Source of the DNA: an uncultured Candidatus Saccharibacteria bacterium
GTDB taxonomy: Bacteria; Patescibacteriota; JABMPQ01; JAQVVF01
Assembly: GCA_964574655.1 (NCBI GenBank)
Contig: CAZNOH010000001.1
Location: 9,852 to 73,851, forward strand
DNA length: 64,000 nucleotides
Reading direction: 5' to 3'
Shown here one piece after another: positions 39,334 through 49,815 of this stretch; the first letter of the stretch is position 1; each line of letters begins with the position of its first letter. The position numbers were made by a program, and so were the translations under genes. A model generated the notes under the pieces. The model did not search any database. It was not told the DNA's origin and saw only the letters and a list, made by a program, of their open reading frames with translations.

Positions 39334-39489
39334 TACGAGGTTATAAAGTTATAAAGTTTTTAAAGTAATAAAGTTGACAGGTAGTATGAAGATGTTTATT
39401 TTTTTAATTACTTTATCTAGCTTTCTGATTTTAGCATTAATCTGGTCAATTGACAATAGATTTTAAAAAAAGCCAGTTTTTGCTGGCTG

Positions 39490-40644
39490 TTATAAAATTT
39501 CTTCAATTGTGACGTTGATTATTCCCGCACTAGTTGTGCCGCCAATTTTTTCAAAATAATCATAGCGAAGATCAATTACTGTCGGCCAGCCAAATCCGCC
39601 GGTATCGTCAACTGTTACCTCAATATTTTGGCCAGTGCTTGTATTTGTGACTCGAAGTCTTGTTCCAGCTGGAAAGATATTGCAGGCAGCAATTGTTGGT
39701 CCATAATAGTAAGTTGCACGACCTCCAGTAATCACTTTGCCAACAGGATGTTTTTTTGTACCATAAACAATAATTTTATTTTGAGGTTTCAAGGTATTTT
39801 TTTCAGAAACTAGTTTTCTGCTGACTTCTTTGTTGTTTTCTAATTTAATTTCATAAACTTTTTCTAAAATTCCATTTTCTCCATTTTGGGTAACTTTTTG
39901 TTCATCTTCATACATTTGGTCTGAATATTCTGTTTCTGTCTCAAAAGCAACTTCGTTTTTAGTAGTTTCATTTTTTTTAGAGACTCGGATAATCTCAATA
40001 TTAGTATTATTTTCTATTTTAGAGTCTTTATTTGGAATAGAATAATCATCTTTGTCTAATTTAATGCCTGCTTGGGCAATAATTTTGTCCACTTTTTTTA
40101 GATGAGTTTTGATATTTCTTTCTTGTCCATCAACTGTGATATTGACTGAATTGGCTCGAGAAATCATTATTTTTCCATTGTCTTCAATTTTTTCATCTAA
40201 ATTTGGAATAATCGTATCTTCTTTAATGAGTTTAATTTTTTGTTCTTTTAAAATATCTTTAACAACATTTTTGTCAGTAATAATTTCTTGTTTATTCTTT
40301 TTATCAATAATGGTAACTGCATATTTTCTTTGAATATCAACTATGAGTAGACTGTATTTTTTAATATTGGTGTCTAATTTCGGTGTTATGATGTCATGTT
40401 GGAAAATAGAAATATTATTATCTGTTAAAGCTTCCTGCAATGATTCTTTATCGGAATTAAATTCCTTTTTTGAATCTTTATCATTGATAATAATTTTAGT
40501 TGTGTTTTGTTGTTGTGGTGTACGAGTGATTTTAGCTAATAGAACATGATTTTCATCTGTAATTACTAGAGTACCAAAAACAATGGTAATAATTAAAATT
40601 ATGATTAAAATGATAAAACGGATTTTGTTTGGTTTTGTTTGCAT
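39490..40644 (-). CDS. YabE-like cell-wall protein (ubiquitin-like repeats, G5, RlpA-like C-terminus)
   Basis: N-terminal TM, G5 (Q.GENG...IVYGTK), ATYY...P.GT.LRVTN...V.VDD.G...IDL. Confidence 0.75.
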   Translation of the reverse strand: MQTKPNKIRFIILIIILIITIVFGTLVITDENHVLLAKITRTPQQQNTTKIIINDKDSKKEFNSDKESLQEALTDNNISIFQHDIITPKLDTNIKKYSLLIVDIQRKYAVTIIDKKNKQEIITDKNVVKDILKEQKIKLIKEDTIIPNLDEKIEDNGKIMISRANSVNITVDGQERNIKTHLKKVDKIIAQAGIKLDKDDYSIPNKDSKIENNTNIEIIRVSKKNETTKNEVAFETETEYSDQMYEDEQKVTQNGENGILEKVYEIKLENNKEVSRKLVSEKNTLKPQNKIIVYGTKKHPVGKVITGGRATYYYGPTIAACNIFPAGTRLRVTNTSTGQNIEVTVDDTGGFGWPTVIDLRYDYFEKIGGTTSAGIINVTIEEIL

Positions 40645-40812
40645 ATCTCTAATTTGCACGAATTAAGCACAAATGTCACAAATATTGCTGTATTTTTTAT
40701 TTTAGCAATTGGATATGAAATGTCAATTATTCCTATTGATTTATTATTTAAGATGGTGTATAATATGATTGGTTGCCTGAGAGGAGGCAGAATTGCGGAA
40801 GGAGGGTCAGAA

Positions 40813-41319
40813 ATGGACAAGAGGCAGTTGTTGGGAAAAATGCTGGAAGTGTTGCGAAAAGAAATTCCTGTGGAAAGAGTACCAGATAGCATTGAACAGG
40901 CTTGGATGTGTGATTTTGATTATGGCGATGGTGTTCATGAAAGGATGGAAAAGATTTTGGAAGAATGCGCAAGAGCTTTGGCGTTGGCGGTTTCCTTGGA
41001 GGATGATGTTGTCTTTGTTGAATTGACAGAATTGCGTAAACGGAAGGCGTTGCGTTTGGCAAAATACGATTTTGATGATGCTAAGCGACGCATTCTTAAG
41101 AAGAGAGCGATTAGTTCTTTGGAAGATGTTCCAGGTTATTTGGTGATTGCTGGAGCTAAATTGGAAGATATTGGATCTAGTCAGGAAGAGTTTGATAGAC
41201 TGAAAAGAATGTGTTTTGATGAAAGTTATGTTTTTAATGAGGAAGATTGCGTGAAAGGCGGATCAAATTATGACACTCAGGGAAAGGGTCATGACCCTGA
41301 GCGTGATCCTTTTTTCTAG
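40813..41319 (+). CDS. Hypothetical protein; SD class
   Basis: TTGATT(40736)-17bp-TATAAT(40759); AAGGAGGG before ATG 40813; hairpin terminator follows. Confidence 0.7.
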   Translation: MDKRQLLGKMLEVLRKEIPVERVPDSIEQAWMCDFDYGDGVHERMEKILEECARALALAVSLEDDVVFVELTELRKRKALRLAKYDFDDAKRRILKKRAISSLEDVPGYLVIAGAKLEDIGSSQEEFDRLKRMCFDESYVFNEEDCVKGGSNYDTQGKGHDPERDPFF

Positions 41320-41333
41320 TTCCTAAGTTTTAC

Positions 41334-41483
41334 TTAGGATTTTTTTTGGCCTTTTTCTTGAATAATCTTGGCTAATTTTTTGACGCTTTGGCCGGAAATT
41401 TTCATCTTGTCTTTGCGTTTTTCTTTTTTTTCAGCTTTTTTTTCAAGTTCTTCTTGGATTTTAAAGTGATTATTGTTTTGCAT
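41334..41483 (-). CDS. Small basic protein (49 aa), below ORF-track cutoff
   Basis: MQNNNHFKIQEELEKKAEKKEKRKDKMKISGQSVKKLAKIIQEKGQKKS; co-oriented downstream of uvrC. Confidence 0.5.
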   Translation of the reverse strand: MQNNNHFKIQEELEKKAEKKEKRKDKMKISGQSVKKLAKIIQEKGQKKS

Positions 41484-41498
41484 ATTCCATAGTTATAT

Positions 41499-41580
41499 TG
41501 CAACCACTAAGGCACTAAAACGAGTTAAGACACAAAAAATCATTTTGTGTCTTCGTCAGTTTTGTGTTTTTGTGGTTGCA
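41499..41580. repeat. Long imperfect inverted repeat
   Basis: TGCAACCAC...AAGACACAAAA / TTTTGTGTCTT...GTGGTTGCA. Confidence 0.6.
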
Positions 41581-41596
41581 GTTGTTTTATTTTAAA

Positions 41597-43396
41597 TTAT
41601 AAACTTTGCTTAATTTGCTGAGCAACTTTTTTGTTCGAGGCTTTTGTTAATTCTTTAATGCTTGCTTTTTTAATATTATCAATATTTCCAAATTTTAAAA
41701 GCAAATTTTTTTTATATTTTGGACCTAATCCTTGTATTTCGTCTAAAGAAGATATGATTGATTTTTTAGATCGAAGTTTTTTGTGATAGGTAATAGCAAA
41801 ACGATGCGCTTCGTCTCTAATTTGCTGGAGCAAATGAAGCTCTTTTGAATCTCTTGGTAAATTGATCGGCTTTTCAGTATTAGGGGTATAAATCTCTTCA
41901 AATCTTTTGGCTAAAGAAATTAAAGAAGTCTGCCAATTATGTTCGCCTAAAATTTCTAGTGCAGCATTAATTTGAGGTTTCCCACCATCAATGATAATTA
42001 GATCTGGTGTTGGCCAGTCGTTATGGACTCTTCGTTCTAAAACTTCTTTGATCATAGCAACGTCATTGGCCTGGAAGACAGTTTTGATTTTGAATAGCCG
42101 ATATTCTTTTTTGGAAGACATACCATTTTCAAAAACAACCATTGATCCAGTCGCAATTTTTCCTTGAATATTGCTGATGTCATAACATTCGATTCTATCT
42201 GGTAAAGTATTCAAATTCAGTATTTTTTGAAGACTTTTTAGAATCGAAATTTTTTCGCCAATTATAGATCCATTAAATTTTCGTCTTGTGTATTCAATAG
42301 CGTTTTTTATGCCTAAATCTAGCATTTGTTTTTTCTTACCAATGCTTGGAATAGTTATTGTTAATTTTAACCATTTCTCAATAAGATCTTGATCATTGAT
42401 TGTTTCTGGCAAGATTAATTCTTCTGGCCGATCAAGTTGTTTTTGATAATATTGTTTAATGAATGATTCTAGTAATTCTGAGTTATTTGAATCCGAATTG
42501 GCTTTTAAAAGGAAATTTTCTTTGCCAATTAGCTTGCCTTCACGAACGATAAAGAGATTAATAACAAAATCGTTTTCTTTACGATAAAGAGAAATATAAT
42601 CTTGGTTTTCTTGTTTTGGTGAGATGACTATTTGTTTTTTGATGATTGTTTTGATATCTTTGAGGCGATCTCTTAGTCTTGCAGCTCGTTCAAAATTTTT
42701 GTTCGCTGACTCTTGTGTCATTTTTTCTTCGAGATCTTTGGCGACCTGATTTTGTTTTCCTTTTAGAAATAGTTCGCATTGTCTGATTGTTTGATCATAT
42801 TCTTCTTTAGTTACTTTGCCAATACATGGAGCAAGACATCTTTTAATATGATATTTAAGACAAGCTCTTTGTCCAAATTTTTTGTTTAGGCCCGCCTGCG
42901 TTCTTTGTTCGGAACTTCGGCGGGTAAAATCTTTTTCGCAATCCCGGTACTTAAAAACCTTTTGTATTAGATCTAAAGTTTGGTTTACTGCATAGCCGTC
43001 AGTAAATGGGCCAAAATATTGTGCAGGTCCTTTTTCAATTTTTCGTACTGAATAGATTTTTGGAAAACTATCTTGATAATCAATTTTGATATACTTGTAA
43101 TTTTTATCATCTTTTAAGATAATATTATATTTGGGACGGTGTTGTTTGATCAAATTTGATTCTAATAACAAAGCTTCCAGTTCATTAGACGTTAAAATGT
43201 AGTCAATATTATTGGCTTGGTTAAGCATTTTTATCTTGTCTAAAGCTAAGCTGGCTGTGTTTTGAAAATAGGAATTTAATCTTTTCTTTAGATCCTTTGC
43301 TTTGCCAACATAAAGAATTTGTTTTTTGGCATCTTTAAAAAGATAAACACCAGGTTTATTGGGAATATTTTTAATTGTGGCTTTGTTGACAGACAT
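41597..43396 (-). CDS. uvrC: Excinuclease ABC subunit C
   Basis: PGVYLF...YVGKAKDL GIY-YIG, RIECYDISN, IIDGGKPQ, RDEAHRFAI. Confidence 0.97.
   Translation of the reverse strand: MSVNKATIKNIPNKPGVYLFKDAKKQILYVGKAKDLKKRLNSYFQNTASLALDKIKMLNQANNIDYILTSNELEALLLESNLIKQHRPKYNIILKDDKNYKYIKIDYQDSFPKIYSVRKIEKGPAQYFGPFTDGYAVNQTLDLIQKVFKYRDCEKDFTRRSSEQRTQAGLNKKFGQRACLKYHIKRCLAPCIGKVTKEEYDQTIRQCELFLKGKQNQVAKDLEEKMTQESANKNFERAARLRDRLKDIKTIIKKQIVISPKQENQDYISLYRKENDFVINLFIVREGKLIGKENFLLKANSDSNNSELLESFIKQYYQKQLDRPEELILPETINDQDLIEKWLKLTITIPSIGKKKQMLDLGIKNAIEYTRRKFNGSIIGEKISILKSLQKILNLNTLPDRIECYDISNIQGKIATGSMVVFENGMSSKKEYRLFKIKTVFQANDVAMIKEVLERRVHNDWPTPDLIIIDGGKPQINAALEILGEHNWQTSLISLAKRFEEIYTPNTEKPINLPRDSKELHLLQQIRDEAHRFAITYHKKLRSKKSIISSLDEIQGLGPKYKKNLLLKFGNIDNIKKASIKELTKASNKKVAQQIKQSL
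42891..42927. repeat. REP-like palindrome in frame within uvrC
   Basis: CCCGCCTGCG...CTTCGGCGGG; encodes TRRSSEQRTQAG. Confidence 0.6.
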
Positions 43397-43480
43397 ATTT
43401 ACTTACATTATAGTATGATATTGGTTAATTATAAATGTTCTTTTGATAATTTTCAAGAAAAGAAGGAAGGAGGTGGAACA

Positions 43481-44152
43481 ATGCTTTGGGTGGAAGCAGA
43501 TTTGGTTGAAATTTGTTTGGCAAAACGGTTATTGAATTTAGGAAATGAAATATTTGCTTTTGCTTCAGAAAATAGTGACAAAAAATTGGCAATTGAAAGT
43601 CTTCGTTTTTGGGATGATGAGCGAAGAATTGTTCTTCCTTTCCGGACTGGTTCTGTTTTAATTGATTTGTCTTTTTTGTTAGGTGTTGCAAAGTGTTCTT
43701 CAATAAATGTTGTTAGTGCCTGTAAGAAATGGTCATTGCAAAGACGTGGCTATGAATTATTGGGATTAAGAATTGAAGAGAGCGGGTTGATTGTAGCAGA
43801 AAAGCAAGATTTTAGTGGATTTGGCAGTGATAATTGGCAAGTGTTGCGAATCGGAGACGATGGATACAGTATTTGCGTTCATGTTCAAGGAACTGTATCA
43901 GTATGGAGATTCTTTTTTGATCAAACGAGAGTTAAACTAGTTTTAAATCGGAAATTAGTTCTATCATTGAAGGATAAGCGTATTTTTGCCAATGTTGGTA
44001 GTTTGAGAAAAGCAATGTTAAATAAGCAAGGTATTGATGCAGATGACATTGAAAAATTAGCTGATATGATATATACTTGTTATAGAGATATTCAGGGCGT
44101 TCTTGTTCCAAGAGATTCCGTGGCAGACAAAAGCCGCGATGTTGCTCCCTAA
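43481..44152 (+). CDS. Hypothetical protein; SD/boxA class
   Basis: TTGACA(43386)-17bp-TATAGT(43409); TGTTCTTTTGATAA 43436-43449; AAGGAGGT before ATG 43481. Confidence 0.7.
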   Translation: MLWVEADLVEICLAKRLLNLGNEIFAFASENSDKKLAIESLRFWDDERRIVLPFRTGSVLIDLSFLLGVAKCSSINVVSACKKWSLQRRGYELLGLRIEESGLIVAEKQDFSGFGSDNWQVLRIGDDGYSICVHVQGTVSVWRFFFDQTRVKLVLNRKLVLSLKDKRIFANVGSLRKAMLNKQGIDADDIEKLADMIYTCYRDIQGVLVPRDSVADKSRDVAP

Positions 44153-44348
44153 GAAAGAGAAGGAGGGAGCCCAAATATTAGCTTCCAAAATGGAAGCAAA
44201 ATTTTGACAGAACACTGACCATTCTTTGGAGAGGCAAGGGGAATGACAACTTGTACATTTCGCATAGACCCCAATTAGGGTCTTTTTGTTTGCCTTAAAT
44301 TAAGGATTTTTGTATAATGATATGTTATATTAGTTAATTTTCAAAACC

Positions 44349-45047
44349 ATGTATAAAACTAATGGCGGAAATAATAATTTTGGAAAAGGTATTTTTTTAG
44401 GATTTGTTGTTGCATCAATTTTGTTTGGTATTATTTTTTTGTTTAGCAGTTGTGGAAATGATGACAGAAAAAATACTGAAGTGAACAATGAAAATAGTTC
44501 TGTTGAAGTATATCGACCAAATGAAATAGCTATTAATTCAAATGAAAATTCTGTGAATGTGAATTCTAATGTTAATGAAACTAATGAGAATTTGAATGTA
44601 AATGAATTAAATAAAGAAGATATTGGTGGAAAAGAATATAGCGATACGTTCAACGGACAAAAATTTGCTTTTACTATTATAGATGGTTTTCAAACAGATG
44701 AAACAGAAAAAAATAAAGTTGGATTAGTTGATTTGTCAGATGGTACAGCAAATAATAAAGGTAATATAGTTTTTACATTTAAGAGTAATAAACAAAATTA
44801 TAATTTTGATAGATATTATGATGGATTAAATGATGTTAACTATTTTTCTGATTCTTCAGGCGGTTTTGAGAAATTAAAAATCAATGGTTTGGATGCATAC
44901 AAGTTTAAAAATGTTGCTGGCTATTCAAGCTCAACAGTAATTTCAGTAAAAACAAATGGCGGATATGTTGAGATTTCTGATTTAAGCAATAAATATCAAA
45001 ATAATGGGACTTTTGATAAGATTGTGCAATCCTTTACTATAAAGTAA
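44349..45047 (+). CDS. Exported or lipoprotein-like hypothetical protein
   Basis: Hydrophobic segment ending FSSC, Asn-rich linker, PsbP-like ending FDKIVQSF; no SD. Confidence 0.7.
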   Translation: MYKTNGGNNNFGKGIFLGFVVASILFGIIFLFSSCGNDDRKNTEVNNENSSVEVYRPNEIAINSNENSVNVNSNVNETNENLNVNELNKEDIGGKEYSDTFNGQKFAFTIIDGFQTDETEKNKVGLVDLSDGTANNKGNIVFTFKSNKQNYNFDRYYDGLNDVNYFSDSSGGFEKLKINGLDAYKFKNVAGYSSSTVISVKTNGGYVEISDLSNKYQNNGTFDKIVQSFTIK

Positions 45048-45146
45048 ATAAAGCAATAAATAGATATTTGTATTGCTTATTTGTGCTTTTTAGATTATTC
45101 TGGGATATTAGTTTGTTCCTTACAATCAGGGGAGGAGGAGGACGAG

Positions 45147-46646
45147 ATGGCAACAAAAGTTTTGGAGTATTCGAAAGAATTTAAGCAGCGAAGAATTTTC
45201 AACTGGCTGATGTTTGGAACGACTTACATGATTGTTTACATGGGTCGGTATAATTTGAATGCAACCAGTCATGATTTGGAAAAACTCTATGGATTTACTC
45301 ATTCTGATTATGCTAGCATTGGACTCTTGGGATTTTTTATTTATGGCGTGTCAATGTTGATTACTGGTCCGTTGTCTGATCGTCTTGGAGCAAAAAAAGC
45401 AATTTTGATTGCAACAGCTGGTTCTGCTGTTTTCAACTTTGCAATCGGTCTATTGTTTTTTAATTCTTGGGTTGCTAATTTGGCGTTGAGTATGTCTCTT
45501 TTGTATGGTTGCAATATGTTGTTCCAATCATTTATTGCTTTGGCTGTGATTAAAGGAAATGCGCCTTGGTTTCATATAACTGAACGTGGCAGATATGGCG
45601 GTTGGTTTGGAGCAATCTTGTCTTGCGGATACTTTATGGCTTTGACTGTCGGTGGATTCATTCTTTCGTATTTGCCAATTTATTGGGTTTTCTTTATTCC
45701 TTCGGCATTGATTGGTTTGATGTTTCTGGTGGATTATCTTTGGTTAAGTAACAAACCAAGTGAAGCAGGCTTGATTAATATTGATCCGGAAGATGCAACT
45801 TCGAAAGAGATTCGTTTTACTGCCAAAGATTTGTTGGATAAAGTATCTCAATGGTTGGAATATCATCGAGACGATAATTATCACGTTATTATTTTCTCTG
45901 AGTATTTGAGATTGCATGAAGCAATGGAAGATCAGGATCTGGAAAGAATTGAGATGTTAACAAGAAACTTGATAGAAACCGCTCAAGTTGTTGGCATTGA
46001 TTGCAAAATTGAAAAGCCGAAGATGTTTGATATTTTGAAATGGGCATGGTCGCAGAAGGTGATCAGGCGTTTGACTTATTCAGAATTTTGCACTGGATTT
46101 GTACGGCAAGGCATTATGTACTGGTTTATTTTGTATCTGGCGAATGTCTGGGAAGTGAAAAAAGGAACTGGTTTGTTTACTGTTGCAACAATGGGGATCA
46201 CTGTTGGCGGTGTTTTGGGAGCAATCATTTGTGGACAAATGTCTGATCGGGTGTTTGGTTCACGGCGGGCGCCAGTGGCATTTATTTTTTATATAATGCA
46301 AGCTGTAAGTTTGGTTTTGTTGGCAAATGCTTCTGGACCAACTATGGCATCGTTGATGATTCCAATTCTGGCGATGTGGATTTTCGGAGTGCATGGAATG
46401 CTGACTGGAACAGCAACAATGGATTTTGGCGGTTCAAGAGGCGCTGCAACGGTTACGGCAATGCTTGATGGCATTCAGTATGTTGCCTCGACAATTTGTG
46501 TTTTTGGAATGGGCAAGTTGCTTGATTTGACGAAAAGTTATGATTATTGGGCATATTCGTTGGTTCCTTTTGCATTGATGGGAGCATTTCTGATGCTGAC
46601 TATTTGGAATGAAAAACCAGCAGGTAAAAAAGTAGGAGCACATTGA
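45147..46646 (+). CDS. MFS transporter, GlpT/UhpT (OPA)-like; SD/boxA class
   Basis: Y..VYMGRYNL, GPLSDRLG, WF...ERG, G..SDR.FG.RR; ~12 TM; TTGCTT-17bp-TATTCT, TGTTCCTTACAA 45114-45125, GGAGGAGG. Confidence 0.85.
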   Translation: MATKVLEYSKEFKQRRIFNWLMFGTTYMIVYMGRYNLNATSHDLEKLYGFTHSDYASIGLLGFFIYGVSMLITGPLSDRLGAKKAILIATAGSAVFNFAIGLLFFNSWVANLALSMSLLYGCNMLFQSFIALAVIKGNAPWFHITERGRYGGWFGAILSCGYFMALTVGGFILSYLPIYWVFFIPSALIGLMFLVDYLWLSNKPSEAGLINIDPEDATSKEIRFTAKDLLDKVSQWLEYHRDDNYHVIIFSEYLRLHEAMEDQDLERIEMLTRNLIETAQVVGIDCKIEKPKMFDILKWAWSQKVIRRLTYSEFCTGFVRQGIMYWFILYLANVWEVKKGTGLFTVATMGITVGGVLGAIICGQMSDRVFGSRRAPVAFIFYIMQAVSLVLLANASGPTMASLMIPILAMWIFGVHGMLTGTATMDFGGSRGAATVTAMLDGIQYVASTICVFGMGKLLDLTKSYDYWAYSLVPFALMGAFLMLTIWNEKPAGKKVGAH

Positions 46647-46681
46647 TTTAGTACTCGCTTAGTTTAGCGAGTTTTTTATTT

Positions 46682-46763
46682 CAGAGCGTCAGAGTATTGG
46701 AACGTCGGAGCTTCGGAAGTTCCGACGTTCTGACGTTCTGACGGTCCGAAGTTCTGAAGCTCT
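46682..46763. repeat. Palindromic array of 8-bp units upstream of uvrA (related tract at ~31026-31060)
   Basis: CGGAGCTTCGGAAGTTCCGACGTTCTGACGTTCTGACG... Confidence 0.65.
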
Positions 46764-46833
46764 GTTTTCAAGCTTGCAACTATTGAAATAATTGGTTATA
46801 CTTATCATTAACTGTTTATAAAATAATTATTTT

Positions 46834-49707
46834 ATGAAAAACGACAAAATCGTAATAAAAGGCGCCAAAGTTCATAATTTAAAAAATATTGATGTTGAGA
46901 TTCCAAGAGATAAAATAGTTGTGATTACTGGAATTTCTGGATCAGGAAAATCCTCGCTTGCTTTTGATACAATCTATGCTGAGGGGCAGAGAAGATATGT
47001 CGAAAGTTTGTCTGCTTATGCAAGGCAATTTTTGGGAGTGATGGACAAGCCAGATGTAGAAAGGATAGATGGAATGAGTCCAGCAATTTCAATTGATCAA
47101 AAAACAGTTTCAAAAAATCCAAGATCTACAGTGGGTACGATTACAGAAATTTATGATTATTTAAGATTGTTATTTGCAAGAATTGGCAAGCCTCATTGTC
47201 CGAAATGCGGAAGATTGGTTTTGAAGCAGACAATTAATCAAATCTTAGATCAAATTTTAAAATTAAAAAAAGGTACAAGAATCAATTTATTAGCTCCGAT
47301 AATTTCTGATAAAAAGGGCGAGCATCAGCATGTTTTGCAAGAAATTTTGAGAGCAGGATATGTGAGAGTGCGATTTGATGGAAAAATTTATCCAATGGAA
47401 GAAGCCTTAGATATGGATGTGGATAAAAATAAAAGGCATAGTATTGAGGTTGTAGTTGATAGGATTGAAATAAGCGGTAATAACGGAGATAAGATTAGGG
47501 TAGCTGATTCTTTAGAAACTGCTTTGGATCTAGGCAATGGAATTATTACTGTAAATTTAGTTGACGAAAATAATCCCCGAACCACTGAAGTGGTACGGGG
47601 CAGGGATATGCTTTTCAGCCAACTTTTTGCTTGTCCGAAATGTGGAATAAATTTAAGAGATTTGGAGCCTAGAAATTTTTCCTTTAATTCTCCTCATGGT
47701 TCTTGCAAAGAATGTACTGGATTGGGCACAAAGCTTGAAGTTGATGAGAATTTAGTAATTCCAAATAAAAAATTGACTTTAGCGCAAGGCGCAATTCGTC
47801 CTTGGTCTTCCTCTGTTTCGATGAGACAGACATGGTTTTCAAGAATATTAGAAAGCTTGGCAGAAAGCTATGGTTTTTCTTTGGACGTACCAGTTAAGGA
47901 TTTGCCAGAAAAATATTTAGAAAAAGTATTATTGGGCACTGGCAGTAAACTAATTGAGGTAAGCGATGGAATGAAGACAATTAAAACAACTTTTGAGGGC
48001 GTTATCCATAATTTAGAAAGGAGATACAAGGAAACTAATTCTGATTATATCAGGTCAGAAATTGAAAGATATATGAGAATACAGGTTTGTCCTAGATGTA
48101 ATGGCAAGAGGTTAAGACCAGAAGTTTTGGCTGTGAAAGTTAATCAAAAATCAATTTCTGATGTTACTGAAATGACAATTGATAATTTAGTGCCATGGTT
48201 TAAGGAATTATATAATGGCAAAAATATTTTAAGTGTAAAAGATCAAAAAATTTCTGGCCAAATTGTTAAAGAAATAGGCGATCGTTTGAAGTTTCTACAG
48301 AATGTTGGCTTGGAATATATTACTTTGGATCGTGCTGCTCATACCTTATCAGGCGGTGAAGCACAAAGAATAAGATTGGCAACTCAAATAGGCTCAGGAT
48401 TGGTTGGCGTTGTCTATATTTTAGATGAGCCGTCAATTGGTTTACACGCTAGGGACAATGATAAATTGATTGAAACTTTAAAAAATTTGAGAGATATGGG
48501 AAATACGGTGATTGTGGTTGAGCATGACAAAAAAACAATTTTAGAAGCTGATCATGTAATTGATATCGGTCCTGGTGCAGGCAAGCATGGCGGTGAATTA
48601 ATCTTTTCTGGCACTCCTTTAAAAATGAAGCAAGATAAAAAATCTTTAACTGGACTTTATTTGTCGGGAAGGAAGAGAATTGAAGCGCCAAAGAAGTATC
48701 GTAAAGGAAATGGCAAGGAATTAAAGGTATTAGGCGCTTCAGAATTTAATTTGAAGAATATTGACGTGTCAATTCCATTAGGGAAGTTTGTTTGCATAAC
48801 CGGTGTTTCTGGATCTGGAAAATCAACTTTAATGGATGAAATTTTAGGCAAGGCTTTAGCAAATAAGTTTTATGGCGCAAAAGATTTGCCAGGAAAGCAT
48901 AAGAGTATTTCTGGAATTGAAAATATTGACAAAGTAATTAGAATTGATCAATCACCGATTGGCAGAACACCGAGATCTAATCCAGCAACATATACTGGCG
49001 TGTTTACTTATATTAGAGATCTATATGCTGCAACTTCAGAAGCAAGGATGAGGGGCTATAAAGCTGGAAGATTTAGTTTTAATGTAAAAGGTGGAAGATG
49101 CGAGGCTTGTCAAGGAGATGGTTTAGTAAAAATTGAAATGTATTTTTTGCCGGATGTTTATGTTGAGTGTGAAGAATGCAAAGGAAAAAGGTATAACAAA
49201 CAAGCTTTAGAAATCAATTATAAAGGAAAAAATATTTCAGAGGTTTTGATGATGACAATTGATGAGGCAATGATGTTTTTTAGAAATATTCCGGCATTAA
49301 AGCAAAAGATAGGAATTTTGCAGGATGTGGGATTAGGATATTTGCAATTAGGCCAATCAGCAACGACTTTATCTGGCGGTGAAGCGCAAAGAATAAAATT
49401 GGCGACCGAATTATCAAGACGGGCAACTGGCAAGACATTATGCATCTTGGATGAACCGACAACTGGTCTTCATTTTGATGATGTGAAGAGATTGCTAAAA
49501 GTTTTGGATAGATTAGTTGACAAGAAGAATACTGTCTTAGTCATTGAGCATAATTTGGATGTAATAAAATGCGCTGATTGGATTATTGATTTGGGGCCGG
49601 AAGGCGGAGATAAAGGCGGTGAAATAGTGGCTTGTGGTACGCCAAAAGATGTGATGAAGGTGAAGAGAAGTTATACTGGGCAATACTTGCGAAAATTATT
49701 AAACTAG
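46834..49707 (+). CDS. uvrA: Excinuclease ABC subunit A
   Basis: Two ABC modules ([27 protein letters not shown] twice), Zn fingers. Confidence 0.99.
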   Translation: MKNDKIVIKGAKVHNLKNIDVEIPRDKIVVITGISGSGKSSLAFDTIYAEGQRRYVESLSAYARQFLGVMDKPDVERIDGMSPAISIDQKTVSKNPRSTVGTITEIYDYLRLLFARIGKPHCPKCGRLVLKQTINQILDQILKLKKGTRINLLAPIISDKKGEHQHVLQEILRAGYVRVRFDGKIYPMEEALDMDVDKNKRHSIEVVVDRIEISGNNGDKIRVADSLETALDLGNGIITVNLVDENNPRTTEVVRGRDMLFSQLFACPKCGINLRDLEPRNFSFNSPHGSCKECTGLGTKLEVDENLVIPNKKLTLAQGAIRPWSSSVSMRQTWFSRILESLAESYGFSLDVPVKDLPEKYLEKVLLGTGSKLIEVSDGMKTIKTTFEGVIHNLERRYKETNSDYIRSEIERYMRIQVCPRCNGKRLRPEVLAVKVNQKSISDVTEMTIDNLVPWFKELYNGKNILSVKDQKISGQIVKEIGDRLKFLQNVGLEYITLDRAAHTLSGGEAQRIRLATQIGSGLVGVVYILDEPSIGLHARDNDKLIETLKNLRDMGNTVIVVEHDKKTILEADHVIDIGPGAGKHGGELIFSGTPLKMKQDKKSLTGLYLSGRKRIEAPKKYRKGNGKELKVLGASEFNLKNIDVSIPLGKFVCITGVSGSGKSTLMDEILGKALANKFYGAKDLPGKHKSISGIENIDKVIRIDQSPIGRTPRSNPATYTGVFTYIRDLYAATSEARMRGYKAGRFSFNVKGGRCEACQGDGLVKIEMYFLPDVYVECEECKGKRYNKQALEINYKGKNISEVLMMTIDEAMMFFRNIPALKQKIGILQDVGLGYLQLGQSATTLSGGEAQRIKLATELSRRATGKTLCILDEPTTGLHFDDVKRLLKVLDRLVDKKNTVLVIEHNLDVIKCADWIIDLGPEGGDKGGEIVACGTPKDVMKVKRSYTGQYLRKLLN
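47575..47604. repeat. REP-like palindrome in frame within uvrA
   Basis: CCCCGAACCACTGAAGTGGTACGGGGCAGG; encodes [10 protein letters not shown]. Confidence 0.6.
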
Positions 49708-49815
49708 TTTGAAAGTTATAAAGTTTTTAAAGTTATAAAGTAAATTGCTAAATTGTTCAATTGTTAAATTGTTTTGATAAGTTCTTTTGACAAATAGGAG
49801 AAGAAGGAGGGAGAA

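Noticed and set aside
44153-44290. Additional small gene after 43481 (AAGGAGGG at ~44160)
   Set aside because: No start codon at SD distance and only very short frames follow; at most a decayed remnant
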